Notes under the pieces: generated by a model
Databases searched by the model: none
The model's input: the letters and a program-made list of their open reading frames with translations, nothing else
Told to the model about the DNA's origin: nothing
Origin: Takakia lepidozioides
Lineage: Eukaryota; Plantae; Bryophyta
NCBI GenBank assembly: GCA_030704615.1
Contig: CM060734.1
Coordinates: forward strand, 20,150,001-20,214,000
DNA length: 64,000 nucleotides
Direction: 5' to 3'
Part shown: in pieces, positions 23,740-35,081 of the stretch
Layout: every line of letters starts with the position of its first letter
Numbering within the stretch: position 1 is the stretch's first letter
Program-made: the position numbers and the translations under genes

Positions 23740-24382
23740 TATGAAGTTTTCTTTGCTTTCATTCGGGGCCAATTTTGAAATGGGATGGTTGTGTGTCCTT
23801 GTTGTCATGTTTGCAATGTGTGCGTGGGATGCAAATTCATGGGAACAACTATCATTGGAGATGGGGGTTGCATGGACTGCCCGGATTGTTCCTTCAATCT
23901 ATTTAGTGTTTTGCGGAGCTCACAGGCTTGTGTGCATTGCAAAAACAAACAAACGTCTTTGGTTCGGGTAGAGCATTCTCGCATCATTTGCTCGTTGGTC
24001 TCCAAACCATTCTTGCTAGAAGAATGCTTGGTAAATCCATCATGATAAAGTCCACGTGATCAAAGAGCGTTCAGGCATTCTCAATTCTGGTGAGCATCCA
24101 TGATGCTCCCGCATATACCTGGCATGTTCGCAAGGGTGGTGAGTAAGAAAAGATTTTTCGCAAGGATCCGCTTTGGATGATGTGAGTGTGCACCTGCTCA
24201 CGACGTAGGCACATTCCAATGCAGGGGCTTGGTATGTTGATAACGTCTAAATTGATGCAATGGATAGAAAGGATGGATACAATGGATGTAACACATCCAG
24301 TTTGCATTCCCTGGAAATGGCTGATCAACCTGCGGTAATAGGTGACACCCGCGGAAATAGGCCCTGTATGCATGCTGACGTG

Positions 24383-24460
24383 GCGTGAGCCTGTGCTGGG
24401 CTCACGGTTTCCTGGGCTCACAGGCTCACGCCTCTGGGCTCACATAATAGCACCCCCCCC
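24383..24460. repeat. Putative right terminus of element II: (GGCTCAC)n followed by ATAATAGCACCCCCCCC
   Basis: Resembles 19815-19898; retroelement coding sequence resumes immediately after. Confidence 0.65.
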
Positions 24461-25860
24461 AGATTGGTATGGGCTTCATGTGTGGAGCCACACTTGCAGA
24501 GCCATTGCATGTATTGGACTCTACTGCTGCTATCACTCGAGCAACAACGCGTGCTCCTGAGCCAAGAGGAGCAGATGTGGATTTTGATCCACAAAGGGGG
24601 GAAGCAAGTTGTCAGACAAGGCTTCCACAGTCCTTTACATTGGCTGAGACAGTGCCACCTACGCCATCAATGGCACCCGCTCGCCCAAGTGTGTCAGAGG
24701 TAGAGCCACGAGTACCATTGGGGAGAGTTGGTGTGGCTCGGGAAATGCCAGTGGGTGGTGTTGCAAAACAAGGTGCAGCGAGTACATTGTTGGGGGCGGC
24801 TACGGCGGTTTGCCAAGCTCCATTATTTTTTGCAATGACCATTGCAATGCCGGGGATTCGGCCAGCTGCTGTGTTCAGACTAGCAGCTAGACTCTGTGAG
24901 AGTGGTGATGCATCGGCACTATCTGCGGAGATAGCAGATAAGGTGCAGTCTATGGATGCTTTGGATACGAAGTCAGCCATAGCTGCGCTATGGCAAGCGG
25001 CAGCTGCAAGGTTGCAGGAGTTGCCAGCTAGGCCAGCCATTGAGCGCAACATGGTGACTCCTGGGGTAGTCCTGGTGGACAATCAGGATGGAGTGTTTCA
25101 ATTGGGTGGCCCAACCGGGAGGAGGTATAGGCCACTGCGGGTCTTGTTGGACTTGGGAGCACAGCCATTGATGTTGGGGAGAGCAGCAATTGCAGGCTTA
25201 GGCCTTACAGAGGCGGATTTGGAGCCTTGCCCTTTCCAAATTCAAACATCTTTGGGTGGTTCAGAGAAGGCGCGAGGGATTACATGCCATGAGCTCTTCA
25301 TTCGATTGCAGCTGGATCATCCTACGGACAGCTCAGTCATGAGAGCTAAAGCCATTGTTACGGACACGATGTCCTATGATGTGTTTGTTGGTGGGGCTAT
25401 GTTATATCCTATGGGCTTTACTTTGGACTATTGGGAGGAAACGGCATCCTACAGGCCACAATGGCAGTCAGGGGATGGTCGACGTGCACTGCTCCCAGTG
25501 CGGTTTATTGGGAATGTAGCGGTGGATCATAGGAACATGATGCCCATATTGGCTGCATTCTCAGGGGTGGTGGCTTGGGGTGGTGACCTCTTGGAGGGCA
25601 ATAGCCATGCAGATGATAAGCCACCACCTGATGATGACAAACAATTGGCATATAAGGCTGATTTGCTTCCTCATGTGCTTGTTCATATTCCACTGTGCGG
25701 TACAGTTGGGAATTTGCATCTAGTAGCAGGCAAGTGTGTGCACCAAGCATGGCAGGAGGCCTATCCATTGGTGAGTGAGGGGAGTTCAGTGACATCACCT
25801 GGACCTCCTCAATTAGCTCCTTTGGACACAGTGCCCATTATCTGGCAACCACCTGACTCA

Positions 25861-26880
25861 AGGATTTGTTTGCTAGACATGTTTGGACGCATGAGCACTG
25901 GGCTTGCAGGAGTGTTGCAAGCAAGAATCAAAGTACGCAAGTACTTGTATGTGGAGAAGGATGAGGTTGCTCGCCGTGTTTCCATGCGCCATGTTGCCTT
26001 GCTCACACATTAGTATCCTGAGTTGTTGCCTCTCTCAACAATTCAAGGGTACCAAAAGGCCTTGCCAGCAGACATTATCTTGCTGGGGGCGGATGATTTG
26101 GACCGGCATGATGCCATTGACTTGGTGATAGCTGGATAGCCTTGCCAAGGACACTCTCCCGCAGGTCATGGGAATGGCTTGCATGATGCACGATCACATT
26201 TGTTTTGGGAGATGTTGAGAGTGTTGCGTGACTTGCAGGTGAGGCAAGTGCAACCTCCAGCTTACATCCTGGAGAATGTTCCTCTCATGGGGGATTCTCG
26301 GGCCAGGGTTATGGCCAGTGTGCATCAGATCTGGTCATGGATTGGACCAGCTGTATTGTTGGATGCAGTTGCAGTGGGTTCACAAGCACATGGGCCTAGG
26401 TTGTGGTGGACCAATCTTGTACCACCAGAGTTGCTCAAGAGAGCCTATATTCCATTCAACGGCCACCCAACCTCAAGGTTGAGGGCATTTTGGACCAAGG
26501 GAGGCAACCACAGAGAGTGCGACATGATGATCGTCCACCTTTGGCGGTGGTAAATCGAGTGGGGCAGCCACGTGCAGCCTTGCCTACGCTCATGGCAGGC
26601 AATCGGAATGTGGGGTCGCCTGCCAGCCTGGAAATCCTCCGCCATGGATTCGTCTCATGCTTTTCGAGACAATGGTCTTGGGTTGATTTGGGATAGTGTG
26701 CTACAGCAATTGGTGGAGCCCAATGCGGATGAGCGAGAGCAGGCAATGGGATTTGCCACGGGCACTACAGCTGTGCCAGCTCTGTCAGAGCCATCACGAC
26801 GCTAGGTGTTGGGTCAGGCAATGGATCTCAATTGCTTGACATGGATCATTGGTTTGTGTATGGCTGAGCAACAGAGATTG
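25861..26880 (+). pseudogene. DNMT3-like methyltransferase domain, copy 2 (stops, frameshift)
   Basis: Colinear with 6535-7832 through motifs I-X. Confidence 0.88.
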
Positions 26881-29029
26881 CAAGCATTGGTGGCTACTTC
26901 CGCACTCCCATTGGATATTGCACCCTCTCTGTCAACCGGGACGGTGGAGGCAGTGAGTGGGGGCGACCACAGGATCATGGGGTGCAAACACCCATGACAG
27001 ATGTGGGATGAGATGCGCAAAGAGAGAGTTATTGGATCTCTCAAGCAGCAGTATGAGGAGTGGGGAGAGCCATACACTGAGGATCAGTTGGAGGACAAGG
27101 TGGCTAAGGTTTTTGAAGAGGTTAAGATGTTTCTTCCCCAGAGGATGTTCTCAAGGTGGCTATGGCGGAGCAAGTGGAGGCTACGGCACAGTCAGGATGG
27201 GCGGACAAGGCCCAAGAGGTTGCTATCTAGCAACCAAAGGATGCGTCTCCTATCTCCAAGCCTGGTGTACCCAAGGTTGCAGTCATTGAGGACAATTGGG
27301 AACCAGATGTTGGACCTACAGTCACCGGAGGAGAGAGACGGAGGATTCGGCGATGTCTAAAGGCTTATAGAAATTGTTTTGCTTCTGGATTGAAGGATTT
27401 GGGGAGTTTGAATGCTCAAGAGATTTGTATTGATTTGGCAAGTGACACGCCAATCTTTCGAAGGCCCTACCAGTATAGTGACATGGAGAGGTCATTGATC
27501 CAGTCACCGACTATGGAGTTGTTCGAAGCTGGATTGGTGGAGTTGTCAGGCGGGGAGTATGCCTTGGCAACGGTGATGCCAGCTAAGAAGGATATCTATG
27601 GCAATTGGACAGAAAGAAGGATGTGTGGGGACTATCGTCCCGTGAACCATCAGACTAAGTCCGATAGATATGCCATGCCAATTCCAGATGAGATCTTTGA
27701 TGTCATTGGGCATGCAAAGGTGTTTAGCACATTGGACTTGCGATCCGGTTACCACCAATTGCCGATCAAAGAGACTGACAAGCAAAAGACGACATTCTGG
27801 GGGATTGACCAACATGGGAAGGATTGTTTGTACCAATGGCGGTTCTTACCGTTTGGGTTGAAGAATGCTCCTGCAGAATTTCAGAGGGTCATGGATATGA
27901 TTCTCGCGGGGCTAGACTTCGCCCGGTGCTACATTGATGACATCATCGTCTTTAGTGCTATGGTTGAGAAGCATGAGAGATACCTTCAGGTGGTGTTTGA
28001 GCGCTTGAGAGCGCACGGGTTGAAACTGCACCCTGGAAAGTGCAAGTTCTTCCACAATCAGATTGAGTATCTGGGCCACATGATATACCCTGGAGGATTG
28101 GGTGTTCAATAGACAAAGGTGGAGGCCATTGCATGCATTCCACGCCCCATGGATGAGAGCAGAGTTCGTGCTTTCATGGGATTGGCAAACTACTATCGAC
28201 GGTTTGTCAAGGGATTTAGCAGCATTGCAAAGGCTCTTACCAAGTTGACCAAGGTGGGTCAGGAGTGGCAGTGGGAGGAGGAGCAGGAGGAAGCCTTTGA
28301 GGAACTCAAGGCTTGATTGACTTCTGCACCTATTCTGAGGCGGCCTATTTGGGGGCGGCCTATCCAGCTACATACGGATTAAAGTATGTTGGGGATTGGA
28401 GCAGTGCTCACACAGGTGGATGATGAGGGAAGAGAGTTTGTAGTGGCATATGCTAGCTGCTCAAACAATGACGCCGATGCGAAGTATAGTTCCTATGAAG
28501 GGGAGTGTCTGGCTGCAGTATGGGCAGTGGCACATTTTAGATGCTACCTCTATGGCAATCTCTTCACTCTTGTCACGGATCACCAACCATTGAAGTGGTT
28601 GATGGAGTCACACAAGCTTACAGGGAAGCTTGCATGATGGGCACTTATGCTTCAAGAGTACGACTTCCAGGTGGTGCATCGAGCCGGAATAGTCAACTGG
28701 GATGCGGATGGATTGAGTCGCAATCCATGCACAAGTGAGCTTGATGATACAAGGAGCTTGTTGGCATGGTGAGACGGACGAGGAGATGGTGCCAGGATGG
28801 CACGCATCTGTCTTTTTATGCATTCTAGCAATGGGAGCTCAAGCTGGTCCATCCCATGTGATTGGTCATAGAAATAGTGTGCATGACGATCTAGAGATCA
28901 GTGAGGAGCTTGGTGGTGCTAAGGATGTACATGAAGATGCAGCAGTGTTGGCCTACCTTCGTACTGGAGAGACAACAGCCAATGTGACTGCTAAGGAGAG
29001 AGATCGGATCCTACAACGAGCCAAGAGGT

Positions 29030-30370
29030 TCAAGTGGGAGGGGAATCATCTACTCCGAGTATGGGAGGATGGACGAGTGAGGATTGTGCCTCATCCAACA
29101 CAGCGAGCGCGATTGGTACGCCATGCCCATGAGGAGTAGGGACATTTTGGGGTGCAACGCACTCATAGTTTGCTTCAAGGACAGTATTGGTGGCGGGGCA
29201 TGCACACGGATGTGCAACAGTTAGTGGCAAGGTGCATGGTGTGTGATAGAGTGCGGGCTTCTTTCAATGCACCTACTCCACAATTGCATCATTTACCCAT
29301 TATGGGTTTGGGCTATCGTTGGAGTCTTGACTTCGCAAGCCCATTGCCACTAACGATTCGCCATAACAAGTATGTGCTGGTGATGGTGGAACATTTCTCC
29401 AAATGGATTGAACTGATGGCATTGCCTGACAAGGCAAGTGAGGGGGCTGCATATGCATTCTTAGATCGAGTGCTTAGCCAATTTGGTGCTCCAGCCGAGG
29501 TACTCACGGACCAGGGGAGAGAGTTCTTGGAGGAGTTTCAGGCTTTGTGTGAGCGCGCCTTGATAGATCACTGCACTACTTCTCGGGATCATCCCGAGGC
29601 TGATGGCTTGGCGGAGAGAGTTGTTCAGACAGTCAAGAGAGGTTTGCGCAAGTACGGTTTGCATAAATGACACCTAGGAGATTGGGACCTTCAGCTGCCT
29701 TGGCTAGCTATGGGCTATAGGTTCAGCAAACAAGCTTCACTTGCCTCCTTCTCACCTTACTTTCTTCTCTTCGGCCAAGAGTCGGATTTGCCTGCATCTA
29801 TTCGCAGGGAGACTGCAGTAGTCTTCAACCTTGATGATCCGGATGTGTGGACACAAGCATGTGCCCAATGGGCAGAGTTGTTCAAGAGAGTCATGCCTAT
29901 GGCTTTTAAGAACCTTGCTATTGCCCAACACCAAGACACATTGAGGTACACCACTATACGTGGAGGGGGATATCGTCCAGGTGTTTGGCGTTTTCATCCT
30001 GGGGACTATGTGTATCTGCAACAGACAGCGCCTACGACCTTGGATGTCACAACAGGTCGTGTGATTCTAAGGGTCTGGGAGGTGTTGCCTTCAGGAGTGT
30101 TGATTTTGGAGGGTCGAGATGACATGGTATGGAAGGACCATGTGCGCAATTGTGCGCCATGTCACCTTCCACATGTGGATGGGAGGATAGATCCCAACCT
30201 TGCAGTGGTACCTGCAGGGTTGCGTTGCATGCTATGTGGGCATGCTGGTGGTGCCGCGACCATGTTGGTGTGTGACAAATGCTCAAGGGGGTGGCACATG
30301 TGATGCTTGACACCGCCACTTGAGGAGGTTCCTAGTGGAGAATGGTTGTGTCCACGATGCCTTGGATAGA
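29030..30370 (+). pseudogene. Integrase with C-terminal PHD finger
   Basis: D,D,E motifs; CMLC...[32 protein letters not shown] at ~30225-30360. Confidence 0.9.
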
Positions 30371-30610
30371 GGTAGTGGGGCATGACAGTGGTGAGGTTGA
30401 CAAGTGATCCAAGATCTAGCTAACGAGAGTTCAATGCCAATTGAAGCCATGGATTGCAGGAAGGCGAGTAACAATGGGGCTACTTTTGCACCCGACCTCT
30501 TGATCTATTGCCTTTAGATACTAGGACTTGGGCGATTGATGACCACACGATGATCTTATTGGGATGGATACTTGTCAGCTATCCGGTGTTAGAGGGACCT
30601 AATCACCAGC

Positions 30611-30707
30611 TATGGGGGCGATTGTGGTATAGCTTTCTAGGATTGTGTGCTTAGATTGTGTGGTGGACAACGATGTATGTTGTGGCACGATGCTTAGGTG
30701 CACGACA
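30611..30707 (+). repeat. PPT and short putative 3' LTR (30623-30707) of copy 2
   Basis: tatgggggcgat|TGTGG...CACGACA, homologous to 1530-1340 on the minus strand. Confidence 0.65.
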
Positions 30708-30911
30708 GCTGTCATGGTTTTAGTCATGGTTATCTAGAATTACCTACTTCTAGTTAACTAGGAAATTTTAGATATTTATATTTATATTTTGTGTGTTGGG
30801 ACTTCATGTGGTCTCACATGCCAAGTGAGGTGTCGAGCCTCACTTGGGACATTTTTCCCCTTGTGAGGATGGAGGAGGCTCATCTTCTTGTAGTTGAGCC
30901 TCCATGAGCCT

Positions 30912-32679
30912 CTCTCACCTCCATGCGGTACAAAAGCCTCCACCCAGGCTTGTTGCACCCGTCGATCAGCATCCCGCTGCAAATCCTTGCTCGTGCCCCA
31001 CAATGGAGTCTGAGCAACCATGGTAGGCCACTCTGCCATACCATACATGCCATCCTGCTCTCCCGGAGGTGGTCCTCAGAATGAGCGTTGCCCTCAAGCA
31101 ACTCTCTAGGCCAACTCACTGCCGCTGTGAATGCTGCTAGTGTCGGCATCTTGCCTCGTTGGGCAACCGCAACTCCTCCTATGAACGTCACAGGGAGCTG
31201 CACACGCCGGCCCTCCCCTGACTGCCATGCAGGCCTATAGGAAGCTGACTCATCCCAAAAATCCAGGGTGAAGCCCATGGGGTACAACACTGCCCCACCA
31301 ACCAGGACATCATATGAGACTGCGTCTGTCACAATGGCCTTGGCTCGCATCACTGAGCCATCTGTAGGGTGATCCGGCCGTAGTCTGATAGCCAACTCAC
31401 GCCGTGTCATGCCCCGAGCTTGCTCCGATCCTCCCAGAGACGTCTGTATCTGGAAAGGACAAGGCTCCATATCCGCCTCCATGAGGCCCAAGCCTGCAAT
31501 AGCAGCTCTGCCCAGCATCAATGGCTGAGCTCCCGAGTCCAACAAGACCCGCAGTGGCTGGTACCTCTTGCCTGCCGGTCCACTCAAACAGAAAATGCCA
31601 TCCTGGTTGTCTAACATGACAACTCCAGGTGTCACCATGGCGCGCTCAATGGCTGGCCTAGCTGGCAGCTCCATCAACCTGGCAGCTGCAGCTTGCGATG
31701 GCGCCGCTGTGGCAGTCTTGACCCTCAAATCCGAGGATCCCTCCGGCACTACACCTCCCACTATCTCCGCAGAAGATGAAGTAACCTCCCCACTCTCACA
31801 GAGTGTAGCTGCCAGCCTGAACACCTCAGCTGGTCTTACCCCCGGCGTCGCAATCATGGTAGCCGAGAATAATGGAGCCTGGCACACAGATGTGGCCGCT
31901 CCTAGTAGCACACTAGCTGCCGTAGCCTTGGCAACACTAGGTAGTGGTGCTACCCGTGTAGCTCTTCTCAATGGCATAGTAACCTCCGCCTCGGTAACAG
32001 TCGGGCGAGAACTAGGTACCATGGATGACGTCAACACTGTCTCCGCCAATGTGAATGACTGAGGAAGCCTAGCCTGACGGCTTGCCTCCCCACGTTGTGG
32101 ATCCAACTCCACCTCTGCACCTCGTGGCTCAGGAACTCGTGCTGCTCCTCGAGTCACGGCTGCAGCAGACTCCACCTGTACTAGTGGTAGTGCTGCTCCA
32201 CACATGAACCCCATGCCTCCCATATCTCCTCCCTCAGGAGCAGGAGGTGGACCATCCGGCCTTAGAGCCGGTACCACTTGAGCTGTAGCCATGGCAACAA
32301 GCCTCTGCTCTAGCTGCTGAAGCCGGTTGGCCATGCCTTGGTCAACACCCTGACCTCCGCGTCCTTGGCCATGTTGAGCTTGCCCTTGGCCTGCACCTCG
32401 TGGCTGGCCACCTCGTCCTCTCTGGGCTACTCCACCTCGCTCCCAGCCACCATTGTTCCCTTGGAACTGGCCTGGGCGCAACTCAGGATGCAAACCATAA
32501 CACTGGGCCTCTCCATGCCCGTGCTTGCCACAATGCCCACACTGCAACTGTGCAGGCTGTGCATGTGCCAGCCCTTTGCCTCCCTCTAGGCAATCTTTCT
32601 TGACATGGGGTCCTCCACATGTCCAGCACACCACATCCGCCCGTTGTTGGCCAGCAAATGAAGGGAGAGACCCCTGCAT
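30912..32679 (-). pseudogene. Zinc knuckles plus aspartic protease region of DNMT-Gypsy copy 1
   Basis: CWTCGGPHVKKDC, CGHCGKHGHGEAQC, VLLDSGAQP, YDVLVG; homologous to 24469-25790. Confidence 0.88.
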
Positions 32680-32685
32680 CTGAGG

Positions 32686-33759
32686 TCATCTCTGCCCTTC
32701 CCTGAGCTTCACCTGAGCCCCCTTGTTGCCTTGAGCACGTTGAGGTAGTGGTTGGCTAGGAGCACCACTACCCCGTGGCGTCTCCTTAGCAAATCCCACC
32801 ATGACCACTCGTTCCTCCACCATGTTGAGCTCTATCCGCTCTGCCAGCAAAAACACATTTGCTAAGGTGGGTTGGGCCGCTTGTAGGAGAGTTGCATCCC
32901 GCACCCTTCTCCTCAGCTCCTTGTCCAATATCCCATACCAGAATTGGACTGCCTGAGCTTCCGTAACCCCTTGGGTTACATTTATCAAGCGCCTCATGCG
33001 AGTGAAAGCCTCCCTCAAGCTCTTGGTCGGCTTCCGTTGGAACTCTTGCAAACTCCGCAACTTCTCTGTCCTCACCCCTTGGTAGTTCCCTCTCAACTCT
33101 TCGAAGAACTCCACAATAGGGTTGAAAACAGGCACGGGTACTAGTGCTGGTGCGGTAGTGGCTTGGGTGGACGTCGTAGCTACTGTACCACCAGTCCCAC
33201 TAGTCCCACTACTACTTGCTGAAGCTGCCGGTGCAGCGGCAGGTGTAGCCACTGCCCTCGTGGCTCTAGTGCCCCTAGTGATGGAGACATAGTCGGGTGA
33301 CCAGTACATCCTCCACTCCTCGATCTCAACCTCATGCCCCCGCCTGAACTCATGGTAATCATCCATAGGCGGCCCCTCAAGGTGCTGAAACAGCCCTTTC
33401 CATGCCATGAACGGCGTAAATAGTTGTGGATTGCGCATTTGCTGCAAATCACACCAACTATCAAACTCTTGGATAAAATCATCCAACTCGATGGTGCCCA
33501 CCGCCCCAGAGTACCTTCGTGGCCCCTTGGTAGCTCCATACATCTCCTCCATTGTGTCCCACAACAATGGCAAAGAAACAACTTGCACCGCCGGTATGAG
33601 TCCTCCTGATTCACAATCCAAATCAGAACCTTCCGTGGAAGACACAGGAGGTGAAGGTGGCCTAAACCGCACACCTCGTCTCGTGTACCCACTAGTATCG
33701 CTAGTGCTCGAACCGGCACTGTTCCCAACAACTAGTGGCACCTCCGTGTTGACACTCAA
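32686..33759 (-). CDS. gag: Gag-like capsid of DNMT-Gypsy copy 1
   Basis: 357-aa ORF upstream of the knuckles; LDDFIQEFDSW, FQRKPTKSLREAFTRMRRL, FWYGILDKELRRRV. Confidence 0.75.
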   Translation of the reverse strand: MSVNTEVPLVVGNSAGSSTSDTSGYTRRGVRFRPPSPPVSSTEGSDLDCESGGLIPAVQVVSLPLLWDTMEEMYGATKGPRRYSGAVGTIELDDFIQEFDSWCDLQQMRNPQLFTPFMAWKGLFQHLEGPPMDDYHEFRRGHEVEIEEWRMYWSPDYVSITRGTRATRAVATPAAAPAASASSSGTSGTGGTVATTSTQATTAPALVPVPVFNPIVEFFEELRGNYQGVRTEKLRSLQEFQRKPTKSLREAFTRMRRLINVTQGVTEAQAVQFWYGILDKELRRRVRDATLLQAAQPTLANVFLLAERIELNMVEERVVMVGFAKETPRGSGAPSQPLPQRAQGNKGAQVKLREGQR

Positions 33760-34384
33760 CCGGTCATGAACATGTCCCTAACCCCCTCTCCACAAGGTAA
33801 CCAGGTACAGAACCTGTTGCGGTTTATGGTTTGGAATACTAAGTTCCTAACATAGCCTACACCTGTACCTGCATCCACCGCAAGCACTCCTATGGTTGGC
33901 TGGTCATCACCTCCAACCTCACCACAGGAGAAACAATGATGGTCTGGCTGGTCATCACCCCAGCCTCACCATCGACAGCATGCTCTAGGACTGGCCGGTG
34001 ATCAAATCCGGACCAATCACCTGTAAAAACAAGCGCCCACACAAAGCTAGCATGGCGCTCAGTCAAGCATGCAGGTATGGAAGGGATCCAAACACAAGAC
34101 ACGGATAAAGTCTGGATAAACTTGAGGATGAGCTGGCAACAGCTGATGACTTTATTAGGGGCTGTCTTATTCTAACAGCTAGTTTAGGATTAAATTAGGA
34201 TGGGTCTGGGTGATCTGGCTTCTTTCTATGGCTATGCTGGAAGGGCATCTGGTGGACCTATATGTAAGTGCCACGCGGCACTAGGATTAGATTATGACCT
34301 AATACTATTTAAGCCTCACTGCCGTGGTAGTGAGAGTGGTGGTTTTTGAATCTTACGCGAGTGTACGTTGGGTGTAACGGTGTA

Positions 34385-34540
34385 CTTGAGTGTGTGGATG
34401 AAACTGCTTTGGAAGTTTGAGTCAGTCGTGTCCTCTTTGTGAGATTCCGTCTTCTCTGCCAGGCCCATCTATCGACTACATTCCCCAGATAGGATTAAGT
34501 CCGGTAGAGGAAGGGGAACAAACCCATAGTGCCGGAATCG
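34385..34540. repeat. ~155-bp dispersed repeat, copy 2
   Basis: Near-identical to 568-723. Confidence 0.9.
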
Positions 34541-35081
34541 GGCTTCACATGCGGTATGGGAGATATTGAATTTCAAGTACTTTTTGTCAATGGAAATTCA
34601 TGAAAAATAGCAAATTGTGTTTTTCTGGAACATGAAATGACTGTACAATATGTGCTGAACTTACCCTGTCAGGCCACAGTAGTAATAAGTAAATAAGGGT
34701 CCCAAATTCTGGTAGGGGCTACTCTTGAAGGTCAAAAAAAAGGGAGAAGATTGGAAGGGAATGGGGAGGGAGGGCACCAGTGTTGAAAGATGGGCGGCTT
34801 GGATGGCAATTTGGGTTACCTTGAGAGAGCAGCAGATCACAGAGACAACATTTTAGGGTTTTCTTTTTAAATGAAAAAGGAGGGAGATGAGATCTGCTGT
34901 GCTAGAGGGGGATGTGGAGTCGAACCTACAATCTTAAAATGGTGAGGCTGGTGAGGCTACGGAAAACAGGGAGGGAACGAGGGAGGAGGGAGGAAGGACG
35001 TTGAACAAATGTGTCGTGTATTGCGATTGTGAGGGTGGGTGGTTGAGGATTGTGGCAGAAGAGAGCGAGGAAGGGACGACC

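Larger units (their letters stand above)
24461..30707 (+). mobile_element. DNMT-Gypsy copy 2 (5'-truncated, degenerate): protease-DNMT-RT-RNaseH-integrase-PHD-PPT-LTR
   Basis: VLLDLGAQP; LDMFGRMSTG, PCQG, YILENV, LGQAMD; YIDD; HAHEE/YWW/CMVC zinc motif; WSLDFA, TDQGREF, DGLAER; PHD finger. Confidence 0.92.
1340..33790 (-). mobile_element. Outer Ty3/Gypsy LTR retrotransposon carrying a C5 DNA methyltransferase (copy 1), split into 33790-30912, 7832-4811 and 1600-1340
   Basis: The minus-strand pieces read gag, knuckles, protease / DNMT, RT, RNaseH / 3'UTR, PPT, LTR. Joining 30912 to 7827 restores EAFVPHGGESAGIAPGPPQL, colinear with EAYPLVSEGSSVTSPGPPQL in copy 2. No 5' LTR identified. Confidence 0.85.

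Noticed and set aside
4750-33759. DIRS/tyrosine-recombinase element as the source of the methyltransferase
   Set aside because: The MTase is C5-type and copy 2 has a DDE integrase and PPT; no recombinase motif seen
34036-34048. 5' LTR end with AAGCT TSD for DNMT-Gypsy copy 1
   Set aside because: Adjacent sequence has no similarity to 1340-1515 and the putative TSD is off by one base
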